DNA of 20,000 nucleotides from an uncultured virus (IMG/VR IMGVR_UViG_3300000439_000022) (taxonomy: Duplodnaviria; Heunggongvirae; Uroviricota; Caudoviricetes). The translations under genes and the position numbers were made by a program. The notes under the pieces are model-generated. The model saw only the letters and a list, made by a program, of their open reading frames with translations. It was not told where the DNA came from and did no database searches. The stretch's first letter is position 1, and each line of letters opens with the position of its first letter. Shown piece by piece: positions 8,608 to 16,164 of the stretch. The stretch is taken from the IMG/VR virus record IMGVR_UViG_3300000439_000022; one strand, written 5' to 3'.

Positions 8608-8625
8608 TTGTAATGAAGAATTTTA

Positions 8626-8634
8626 TATAAATAT
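8626..8634 (-). promoter_or_regulatory. candidate phage late-type promoter motif ATATTTATA (TATAAATAT on +)
   Basis: 18 nt upstream of the inverted 397-aa gene, which lacks a TAnnTTTG promoter; the + strand reads as the T4 late consensus TATAAATA. Confidence 0.3.
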
Positions 8635-8665
8635 TTGGTATTTCGGTTAAAAACACATATCTTTG
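8634..8665 (+). promoter_or_regulatory. Bacteroidota promoter
   Basis: TTTG 8634-8637, 20 nt, TATCTTTG 8658-8665. Confidence 0.7.
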
Positions 8666-8706
8666 TGTTCAAAATCAATAAAAATAACAAAAATTCTCCC
8701 TCTATA

Positions 8707-8738
8707 TTTGTTTGAATTAAAAAAATTGTTTACCTTTA
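8707..8738 (+). promoter_or_regulatory. second, tandem Bacteroidota promoter variant
   Basis: TTTG 8707-8710, 20 nt, TACCTTTA 8731-8738. Confidence 0.55.
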
Positions 8739-8771
8739 TATTATGATACCAAAATTTACAAATATTAATAT

Positions 8772-9395
8772 ATGAAAGAAAAATTAATACAATTGGCAAG
8801 CTTTTGCCTGAATGACAAATCATTTTATAATCAAATGGTAATTTATAATCAAATGGTAATCTCAAAAAAAGATATCCAAAAGACCTTTGGTACAGGTTAT
8901 GAAACTTTTTATTCCCATAAAAGGGATTATAATATTGATAGCTCAACCATTCAACCCAAAGTTAGTGATAAGATTAAATCAACTATACTCAATACTTTTC
9001 ATGAAGAACTTCAAAAAAATAATGAGCCTATTGAGTGTACTATTCCAATGCTAACCATAAACTTTTCAGATATGCCACCGTTAAATATTTACAGGAGATA
9101 TTTGACAATAGGTCAAACTGATAAAGTTGGTTATGTTACTATAAATAAAAAAATACTGTTTTTTAATATTCCAAAAGTATATACCTTTAATTATACCGAA
9201 TATACTCGTGGTATTCAATATTTTATAAAATCAGCGACAGTTGAAGAACAAGTAACTGAAGAGGAATATTATAAACTAATTGATTTATATGACAAAACCT
9301 TTACTGAAGTTGAGGATGAGAATGCTCAACTAAAAATTAAAAATGATATATTAAAGGTTGATGAAAGATTATCCGTATATTTGCAAAATAAATAA
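8772..9395 (+). CDS. hypothetical protein, paralog of 6331..6897
   Basis: 207 aa; colinear shared motifs with 6331..6897. Confidence 0.8.
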   Translation: MKEKLIQLASFCLNDKSFYNQMVIYNQMVISKKDIQKTFGTGYETFYSHKRDYNIDSSTIQPKVSDKIKSTILNTFHEELQKNNEPIECTIPMLTINFSDMPPLNIYRRYLTIGQTDKVGYVTINKKILFFNIPKVYTFNYTEYTRGIQYFIKSATVEEQVTEEEYYKLIDLYDKTFTEVEDENAQLKIKNDILKVDERLSVYLQNK

Positions 9396-9402
9396 AAACA
9401 CA

Positions 9403-9945
9403 ATGTCAAAAACAATTGAAATATCCGATGAAATGTATGGCAAGTTAATTGAACTTGCAACGGAAATGACCACACAAAACCCAAGATGCACTCGTATGCC
9501 CCATATATTTCAAATTAGAAATTGGAAAAAGGTATACGATGCTGAATTGAATGGAGACATTCACATCTTTTTGGATAGAGGTAATGGTATTGAGATAGAA
9601 ACAGTCGAACAACTTATTAACTACCTGAATGATTCTAATGTCGAATTCGTTGAGGCGGAAGTTAAAGAGATGTGGGATAACCGTTCCGAATACTCATGGC
9701 AAGATGACCTTAAAGATTGGTTAGAGGAACGAGTTCCAGATCTTGAGGTATATTCATACTCATTAGTACCAGAATATACCAATTGTTTCTTAACAGCCAA
9801 GGCCGCTGAGGAACATCTTAAACTTAACCATTACCACTACCATGCGAATGCTGATGTTTATCTTAATCATGCCTGGAGAAACCCAGAAGCAGAATTAGTT
9901 AGCACATTCCTATGCAATTTGATTGGCAAAGATTTGCACACATAA
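9403..9945 (+). CDS. conserved phage hypothetical protein
   Basis: Track ORF 9358..9945; likely start MSKTIEISDE at 9403; TQNPRCT..P.IFQI and FLT.KAAEEHL..N.YHY motifs. Confidence 0.7.
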   Translation: MSKTIEISDEMYGKLIELATEMTTQNPRCTRMPHIFQIRNWKKVYDAELNGDIHIFLDRGNGIEIETVEQLINYLNDSNVEFVEAEVKEMWDNRSEYSWQDDLKDWLEERVPDLEVYSYSLVPEYTNCFLTAKAAEEHLKLNHYHYHANADVYLNHAWRNPEAELVSTFLCNLIGKDLHT

Positions 9946-10043
9946 TGTCCGTGGAAAACAAATATAAAACTAAAAAATTTATCGATGGTTGTATGTTAGC
10001 ATATAACGCAAAAGAAAATATTGATTTTCATTAAAATAACATT

Positions 10044-10232
10044 ATGACTTTAGAAGAAGCAAGAGTTGCAATTTCAGAGGGTAAAAAAGTAACCCACAGA
10101 TACTTCACCGATGATGAATATATTCACATGGGTAAGAACGGTATTTCCTTTGAGGATGGTGTTAAAGTCCCAGCTGATTGGTGGGACAAAGATTATTTAA
10201 AAACAGATTGGAGCATATATCAAAAAGATTAA
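10044..10232 (+). CDS. small phage protein, distantly DUF2829/Tad2-like
   Basis: MTLEEA..AI.EGKKVTHRYF ... terminal DW pattern. Confidence 0.45.
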   Translation: MTLEEARVAISEGKKVTHRYFTDDEYIHMGKNGISFEDGVKVPADWWDKDYLKTDWSIYQKD

Positions 10233-10233
10233 T

Positions 10234-10452
10234 ATGGAAAAGAAATATATAATAACTCAAGAACAATTTGAACAGATTGGACATTATAAAAGAATGTTCG
10301 AACTTAATGCACAATGCATATCAGACTTATGCAATTGCGAAAAAGATGATATTGTTTATGGTTTTGAACTTGGCAAAATGCATACACACCTCAGAGATTG
10401 TTATATTGAGATGATGGAGCTGGAAAATGAAATTAAGGAACAGAAAATGTGA
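10234..10452 (+). CDS. hypothetical protein
   Basis: 72-aa ORF starting 1 nt after the previous stop. Confidence 0.65.
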   Translation: MEKKYIITQEQFEQIGHYKRMFELNAQCISDLCNCEKDDIVYGFELGKMHTHLRDCYIEMMELENEIKEQKM

Positions 10453-10456
10453 AAAG

Positions 10457-10781
10457 ATGGAATATAAATTAACAAAAAAATATCAACATAGCAAAAAATG
10501 CAATGATAACAGAAGAAGAAATTTCTTAATCTTCTTCCTTAATGATATACAAATATTTAAACAAAAAGTTCCATATGATGAAAACTTTGACCATGGTTGC
10601 CAAAACAGAACATCATTTGATAATATCTATCTTTTAAACGGTTATATTAACCAAAAAAGACAATCTGATGCTAATGTTAGCTGTTTCGGAAATGAGAGAA
10701 GTAAAATATCCTGTATCAAAAAAGATATTGGAACAATTCAATATACCAAAAGATCTTAAAATTAAATTGTCAAATGATTAA
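10457..10781 (+). pseudogene. hypothetical protein, probably frameshifted
   Basis: The frame from ATG 10457 stops at 10759, while the +1 frame (open 10638-10781) gives a more protein-like tail (REVKYPVSKKILEQFNIPKDLKIKLSND) that overlaps the next start. Confidence 0.4.
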
Positions 10782-10977
10782 ATGTACAGATAAAGGCATG
10801 TGGACTTGTATCGGAAAAAACGGTACACCAAAAAAACAATTCCCAGATGATAAATCGGCAATATCTGCCGCCAAACTTATCAATGAGAATAACCCACAAC
10901 CATTTACAAAACTCGTTGCGTATAAATGCACACAATGTAACAAATATCATCTAACTACCAGAAATAAGAAAATTTAA
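10774..10977 (+). CDS. small zinc-ribbon phage protein
   Basis: C...KKQF.....A ... AYKCTQCNKYHLTT. Confidence 0.7.
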   Translation: MIKCTDKGMWTCIGKNGTPKKQFPDDKSAISAAKLINENNPQPFTKLVAYKCTQCNKYHLTTRNKKI

Positions 10978-10978
10978 T

Positions 10979-11290
10979 ATGAAAAGAGACTTAAAATTAT
11001 TGATGGTAATCTTATTAGCACCAATAATAATTATTAGTTGTAAAAATACGGATACGAAAACAATCTATTATAAAGAATCAACCGAATGTTTAATTTATGG
11101 CGATTCTTATACAACAACAGACATTACAATGATGCCGTCTGGAATACCTATGGGTGATGGATTATACCTAAGCTCAAGTGAACACCGACATTGTAATATT
11201 GAAAAAGTAGATGCAACTTGGTTCACGATAGATAGTAATTGGAATAGAATTATTGTTAAACAAACATCTTTTGAACGTAAACTAAATTAA
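10979..11290 (+). CDS. putative lipoprotein
   Basis: Signal peptide ending IIISC-KN. Confidence 0.65.
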   Translation: MKRDLKLLMVILLAPIIIISCKNTDTKTIYYKESTECLIYGDSYTTTDITMMPSGIPMGDGLYLSSSEHRHCNIEKVDATWFTIDSNWNRIIVKQTSFERKLN

Positions 11291-11301
11291 CAAAATTTAA
11301 A

Positions 11302-11565
11302 ATGAAAACCGAACAAGAAATAAAAGAATTAGCTAATAAGATATATAAACATGATGGCATAATCACAAGTGGATTAGATTATGAGATTGTGGATTCAATA
11401 CAAGATAAAAAGGAAGGTTTTGTACGTGCATACATGCTTGCTCAAACCGATATGCAAGCTCATTTTATAAATGAAGCTATTGGATTTGCAGAGTGGATAG
11501 TAGGTTTTATTGGACTTGTAATTGATGTAAAAGACATTTATAAACGCAAAAATAATAACATATGA
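11302..11565 (+). CDS. hypothetical protein
   Basis: 87-aa ORF, ATGA overlap with the next gene. Confidence 0.6.
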   Translation: MKTEQEIKELANKIYKHDGIITSGLDYEIVDSIQDKKEGFVRAYMLAQTDMQAHFINEAIGFAEWIVGFIGLVIDVKDIYKRKNNNI

Positions 11566-12224
11566 CACCATATAAATTAACGGATGAAAAAATACAATTC
11601 AATTTCAAAACACTTTACCGTATTGAATTAACAGAAGATTGCATATGGGGAAAAGCTGGAACAAAAGGTGGTTTTATTGAGAAAGTGAGTAACTTATTGG
11701 ATGATGCTTGGGTATCTGGTAATGCTCACGTATATGGTAATGCTTATGTATCTGGTAATGCTTGGGTATTAGGTAATGCTCAGGTATATGGTAATGCTCA
11801 CGTATCTGGTAATGCTCAGGTATTTGATAATGCTTGGGTATCTGGTAATGCTCACGTATCTGGTAATGCTCAGGTATTTGATAATGCTTGGGTATCTGGT
11901 AATGCTCACGTATATGGTAAATCTGAGGTATCTGGTAATGCTCAGGTATTAGGTAATGCTCAGGTATTTGGTAACGCTTTAGTTTCTGGTATGGTTGTAA
12001 TATGTGGTGAAGCTAAAGTTGAGAAAACATCAGATTATATGACAATATCCTCTTTGGGTAACACAAATAGGACAATAACCATTACATTTTCAGATAAAAT
12101 GATATCAGCTGGCTGTTTCAGAGGAACACTCCAACAATTTAAAACCGCCGTTGATGAAAAATACAACGGAAAAGGTAATTACTACCCAACAATACAATAT
12201 ATTGAAACATTATTTAATATGTAA
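11562..12224 (+). CDS. hexapeptide-repeat (left-handed beta-helix, YdcK-like) phage protein
   Basis: LYRI...G..GGFIE..NL N-terminus, 16 NAxVxG-type hexapeptides, AGCFRGTL..F C-terminus. Confidence 0.85.
   Translation: MTPYKLTDEKIQFNFKTLYRIELTEDCIWGKAGTKGGFIEKVSNLLDDAWVSGNAHVYGNAYVSGNAWVLGNAQVYGNAHVSGNAQVFDNAWVSGNAHVSGNAQVFDNAWVSGNAHVYGKSEVSGNAQVLGNAQVFGNALVSGMVVICGEAKVEKTSDYMTISSLGNTNRTITITFSDKMISAGCFRGTLQQFKTAVDEKYNGKGNYYPTIQYIETLFNM
11703..11990 (+). repeat. coding 18-bp tandem repeat x16
   Basis: Consensus aatgctNNNgtatNtggt; includes an exact 54-bp higher-order duplication (NAHVSG-NAQVFD-NAWVSG twice). Confidence 0.9.
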
Positions 12225-12230
12225 AATAAA

Positions 12231-12262
12231 TTTGGTGATATCAAATATGCATCTTATCTTTG
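12231..12262 (+). promoter_or_regulatory. Bacteroidota promoter
   Basis: TTTG 12231-12234, 20 nt, TATCTTTG 12255-12262. Confidence 0.75.
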
Positions 12263-12279
12263 TAATCTAAATCAATTTT

Positions 12280-12504
12280 ATGAAAAATCTATTTATCCCA
12301 ATTTTACTGTTACTACTATTATCCTCTTGTATTGATGTATATCAACCTGGTGACATGTATGTATCATCAATAAATGGTGTATATAAAAACAATATGTGTA
12401 ACTATTACATCAGTGGCTCTTATTCCGTTACAGATATAAAAATAAGTGACACCTGCGGCAAATTCATGGTTGGCGATAAATTAAATCTAACCAAATCTAA
12501 ATAA
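12280..12504 (+). CDS. putative lipoprotein
   Basis: MKNLFIPILLLLLLSSC lipoprotein signal. Confidence 0.7.
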   Translation: MKNLFIPILLLLLLSSCIDVYQPGDMYVSSINGVYKNNMCNYYISGSYSVTDIKISDTCGKFMVGDKLNLTKSK

Positions 12505-12514
12505 AACATTTAAC

Positions 12515-13222
12515 ATGTCAAAGAAAGAAAAACTCATTCAGTCATTATCAACTGTAATTTTAGCATTGGAAAATGATACAGTGCTATATAATTGGAAACA
12601 ACAAGCACAATGCAATTGTGGCCTCGTTGCTCAGGTTTTACTTGGTAAGAACCAATACGAATTGAAACATGAACTTAAAAAACAAGAATTATTCAATAAA
12701 AAAATATTAAAAGAAGCAATTGGTAGTGAAAACGGTACTTGGAGGGATGCCGTTAAAGCGTATTGCCCAATATCTCAAAGACCATTGAAACAAATCTTTA
12801 TTGATTTGGAAAATGCTGGTTTAAGCAAAGATGATATCTCCCATTTGGAATATATGAATAACCAAGCCATATTCGCCAAATCAGGTATTGAAAAAACAAA
12901 AAAATACAAAAAATCTGTTAACGTTGGTACCAAAAAAGTACCAGTTAATACATTCTTTGGTAAATTATTTCGCATCACCAAATCAGAACCTATATATGAA
13001 ACCAAAGAATTTGAGGAAAAATATGATTGGTTTGCCAACAAAGAAAATCTTATCAAATATTTAAAAGCCTGGGTTTTAATATTGAAAGATGAAAAAGAAT
13101 CGGTTGACTTTGATGATATTGATGCCTACAGCAAAAATGATCTTAATGAAAGATTATTGGTTGCCGTTGCTGATGAAGATTATTCTTTGGCCGCAAGACT
13201 TAGAGATGAAATAAACAAATAG
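12515..13222 (+). CDS. hypothetical protein with a C-terminal UVR (UvrB/UvrC) coiled-coil motif
   Basis: C-terminal LNERLLVAVADEDYSLAARLRDEI matches L...L..AV..EdYE.AA.LRD.I. Confidence 0.7.
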   Translation: MSKKEKLIQSLSTVILALENDTVLYNWKQQAQCNCGLVAQVLLGKNQYELKHELKKQELFNKKILKEAIGSENGTWRDAVKAYCPISQRPLKQIFIDLENAGLSKDDISHLEYMNNQAIFAKSGIEKTKKYKKSVNVGTKKVPVNTFFGKLFRITKSEPIYETKEFEEKYDWFANKENLIKYLKAWVLILKDEKESVDFDDIDAYSKNDLNERLLVAVADEDYSLAARLRDEINK

Positions 13223-13249
13223 GTGGCTTTATATCCCAAAGAAATCAAA

Positions 13250-14176
13250 ATGGAATACAAAAATTATAATCAAGAAATACCAGTAACAAGAGAAACAATA
13301 AATATGGAATACAAAAATTTTAGCCAATGGAGCATTTTAGGTGACGGTGGGTTTTTACCAGCAACAGCCTCACTGAACACATTACCCTCAGGATTATATG
13401 AAATAACATGGGACTATAAAGTTAATGATTTTTGTATGCTTTATCAGAAAATAAACACTGATGAATTATTTGAACTACCAACAGAGGAAATCGAAAATAT
13501 CCTCAAGGATATAAAATCATTTTGGAAAAAGAAAGACTTTTACCAACAATATAAACCCACGCATAAAAGAGGTATATTACTCCATGGTGATCCTGGATGT
13601 GGTAAATCTGGTATTATTCAACTTTGTATGAAGCAAATTATTAACGAACTCGAAGGTATCGTAATAAACCTCAAAGACGAAAATTCAATCAAAGGATATC
13701 TCGAACTAATCCCAAAATTTAGACAAATTGAACCCAATCGACCACTGATAGTAATTATCGAAGATATCGATTCGGTTGCCGAATATAGCAATGATTGCAC
13801 ATCAGCATTGCTAAATATCTTGGATGGCATAAAACAAATCGAAAACGTTGTTTATATCGCAACAACCAATTATCCAGAAAAATTAGCCGAAAGAATCACA
13901 AACAGACCATCCAGATTCGATAGAAGATATTACGTTTCACCACCATCAGAAGAAGTTAGAAAAGTCTATATCCTTAATAAAATTGGTGATAGCAAATCTG
14001 AAATTGATATAAATCGCTGGGTTAAAGACACAGAAGGCCTATCCATGTCACACCTAAAAGAACTATTTACATCCGTTGTTCTGCTCGATATAGAATATGA
14101 ATCAGCCATAGCACACCTCAAAGGAATGAAAAAAATACCAAGAGGAAAAGCACATAAAGAAATCGGATTTAAATAA
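13250..14176 (+). CDS. AAA+ ATPase (classical clade)
   Basis: Walker A GDPGCGKS, Walker B IIIEDID, SRH TTNYPEKL...RPSRFD; start at 13250 or 13304 (16-bp duplication atggaatacaaaaatt). Confidence 0.9.
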   Translation: MEYKNYNQEIPVTRETINMEYKNFSQWSILGDGGFLPATASLNTLPSGLYEITWDYKVNDFCMLYQKINTDELFELPTEEIENILKDIKSFWKKKDFYQQYKPTHKRGILLHGDPGCGKSGIIQLCMKQIINELEGIVINLKDENSIKGYLELIPKFRQIEPNRPLIVIIEDIDSVAEYSNDCTSALLNILDGIKQIENVVYIATTNYPEKLAERITNRPSRFDRRYYVSPPSEEVRKVYILNKIGDSKSEIDINRWVKDTEGLSMSHLKELFTSVVLLDIEYESAIAHLKGMKKIPRGKAHKEIGFK

Positions 14177-14216
14177 TCAAACCTATTATACCTTTACATC
14201 TTAAACTTTAGTTACA

Positions 14217-14387
14217 ATGACCAAAGCACAACAACTGGGGATAACAGAATTTCCATACCAAGAATTTGATTCCAACGGTAAACTTACTTATCATGAAGAT
14301 TCAACTGGGTCTTGGCATAAATTTGAATATGATTCCAACGGTAATGAAAGCTATTGGGAAATTTACCAGAATATGGCACCCATATGA
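14217..14387 (+). CDS. short DSNG-repeat phage protein, possibly truncated (56 aa)
   Basis: MTKAQQLGITEFPYQEFDSNGKLTYHEDSTGSWHKFEYDSNGNESYWE...; 15-bp direct repeat at 14267 and 14330 (21-aa period). Confidence 0.6.
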   Translation: MTKAQQLGITEFPYQEFDSNGKLTYHEDSTGSWHKFEYDSNGNESYWEIYQNMAPI

Positions 14388-14557
14388 CATTAGAAACCTT
14401 CATAGCAAACGTTAATTGTGGCGGATTTATCGACTATGACGGAATAGGTAACTACGCAACAAATACTCAAATGTCCAATATAGAAATATACCCAAGCGAT
14501 ATAAAATCTGGAACATACAGAAAAGATTTTACACATATAGTATGGTTTAATCGCTAA
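14354..14557 (+). CDS. hypothetical phage protein, possibly N-terminally truncated
   Basis: LPEYG..MTLETF...V..GGFIDYDG.G.YA motif; nearest ATG (14384) overlaps the upstream stop. Confidence 0.6.
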   Translation: MGNLPEYGTHMTLETFIANVNCGGFIDYDGIGNYATNTQMSNIEIYPSDIKSGTYRKDFTHIVWFNR

Positions 14558-14604
14558 TACACACACACACACAAATTTTAAATTAATATCTGAATTTTAC
14601 TAAT

Positions 14605-15966
14605 ATGTCAATCATCACAAGAAAAATTAAACTAATCCCAGTAGGAGAAACCAGCAAAGATAGAACAAAAGTCTATAACTTTATTAAAGATATATCCAAA
14701 GAACTCGCAACAGTAGGAAACCAAATTATTAGACAACACGTCAATAATAACTTTAACCTTAAAGAAATCCTTGATACAGAAAAATGTACCAAAAAAATTG
14801 CCGTGGAAAAACTTACAGCACAACTCACCACCTCAATCCAAAATAGCGGCTACAGAATAACCACCTCCCTACCACATATAGCATCAGACATCAGATCAAA
14901 TCTGAACCAAGATATATATAAAACCATAACCGAAAACTTCTACGATATACTAAATAATAAAGTATCAATCCCTTCCTACAAATCAGAAAAACTGCCAATC
15001 AGATTCTCAAATAAAATATATTTAGATAATAACAAATATCTAATAGATTTCCCAATCACACAAACACAAAAACAAAAATTTAATAATATATCATTCGAAC
15101 TCTTCTTCGGAAAAGATAAATCCAATAACAAAATTATTGTAAGAAAAACCATTACACAAGAATATAAAATGTGCAATAGCTCATTACAATATAACGGAAA
15201 AGATCTTTTCCTCTACCTAACAGTCAATATACCAGAAACAAAATCAAAAGATATCATCCCAAATAAAACAATGGGAATCGATATGGGCATCAATAGACCA
15301 GTCTCATTCTTTATCACAGATGAAGAAAAACAACCATACCAAATCGATATAAACTCCAAAATACAACACGATAGAATGAGAATGCTAAAACATAGACAAT
15401 CAATTGCAAAAGCTCTCAAACTAACAACTGGCGGTCACGGAAGAACCAAAAAACTTAAAGCACTCGAACAATTCAGAGATAAAGAAAAAAATTGGGCGCA
15501 AACCACAAACCATAGAATATCTGCCGAAATTATCAAAATAGCACAACAATATAACGTGGGTATCATAAAGATGGAAGACCTAACTGGAATCACCAAAGAT
15601 ACAAATAACCAATTCCTTAAATCTTGGGCTTACTTCCAACTGCAAACATATATCAAATATAAAGCAGAAATGGCTGGAATTACAATCCAATGGGTTAACC
15701 CAAAAAATACTTCCAGAGAATGCCCAACCTGCCACACAATCAATGAGGAAAATAGATCAAAACAAGACTATACCAAATTCGAATGCGTTAACACAGCTTG
15801 CACCGATTACCTAAAAACCCTCGATGCAGATATCGTGGCAGCAACAAATATAGCACACAAATTGGGACTGGAAGAAAAACCAAACTCAAAAGCTGGAAGA
15901 ATTAAAGCCGCTAAACTAAAAAAATCTCAAGAAATTCCTCAACAAAATTTGGAACTATCAATTTAA
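14605..15966 (+). CDS. cas12f: Cas12f-like (Cas14/TnpB-family) RNA-guided nuclease, 453 aa
   Basis: RuvC-I GIDMG (D226), RuvC-II MEDL (E324), zinc finger CPTC...C....C (C373/376/394/399), RuvC-III DADIVAATNIA (D409); ITRKIKL N-terminus; adjacent CRISPR array; no tnpA in the window. Confidence 0.88.
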   Translation: MSIITRKIKLIPVGETSKDRTKVYNFIKDISKELATVGNQIIRQHVNNNFNLKEILDTEKCTKKIAVEKLTAQLTTSIQNSGYRITTSLPHIASDIRSNLNQDIYKTITENFYDILNNKVSIPSYKSEKLPIRFSNKIYLDNNKYLIDFPITQTQKQKFNNISFELFFGKDKSNNKIIVRKTITQEYKMCNSSLQYNGKDLFLYLTVNIPETKSKDIIPNKTMGIDMGINRPVSFFITDEEKQPYQIDINSKIQHDRMRMLKHRQSIAKALKLTTGGHGRTKKLKALEQFRDKEKNWAQTTNHRISAEIIKIAQQYNVGIIKMEDLTGITKDTNNQFLKSWAYFQLQTYIKYKAEMAGITIQWVNPKNTSRECPTCHTINEENRSKQDYTKFECVNTACTDYLKTLDADIVAATNIAHKLGLEEKPNSKAGRIKAAKLKKSQEIPQQNLELSI

Positions 15967-15979
15967 TTCACTACATTTG
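15948..15979 (+). promoter_or_regulatory. Bacteroidota promoter for the guide-RNA locus
   Basis: TTTG 15948-15951 (inside the cas 3' end), 20 nt, TACATTTG 15972-15979. Confidence 0.75.
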
Positions 15980-15983
15980 TAAC

Positions 15984-16164
15984 ATAATTAATAGCTCTTA
16001 ATTTATTGATAAAATAAGGTTCCAAATTAATATTTGGATCGTGCTGGCTGTACAGCATAAGGTGAACAATGAATAAACATTGTAAATATTTTAATATGTT
16101 AGGAGGAATTATCCTCACTCACCAAATACCTTTTAAACTTATACCACCTAAAGGTATATACAAC
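15984..16164 (+). ncRNA. putative tracrRNA/omegaRNA-like scaffold fused to a half-repeat
   Basis: Hairpins TCCAAAT/ATTTGGA (16021-16038), GTGCTG/CAGCAT (16041-16058), ACAATG/CATTGT (16066-16083) and GAGGA/TCCTC (16103-16116), the last two enclosed by GGTGA/TCACC (16061-16123); anti-repeat ATACCTTTTAAA at 16126-16137; 5' end inferred from the promoter. Confidence 0.7.

Noticed and set aside
11703..11990. Second CRISPR array or non-coding repeat
   Set aside because: Contiguous 18-bp in-frame coding units with no unique spacers
14189..14196. Promoter TACCTTTA upstream of 14217
   Set aside because: Variant -7 box without a TTTG at the 19-21 nt spacing; too weak to call
14267..14344. Diversity-generating retroelement TR/VR pair
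   Set aside because: Only a 15-bp coding repeat with a 63-nt period; no adenine-specific mismatch pattern and no reverse transcriptase in the window
14605..15966. IS200/IS605 or IS607 transposon carrying tnpB
   Set aside because: No tnpA or serine recombinase nearby, no evident left-end hairpin, and the downstream region holds a regularly spaced repeat-spacer array with an anti-repeat
14605..15966. Nuclease-dead Cas12f/TldR-type transcription regulator
   Set aside because: All three RuvC acidic residues are present and no sigma-factor partner gene is adjacent
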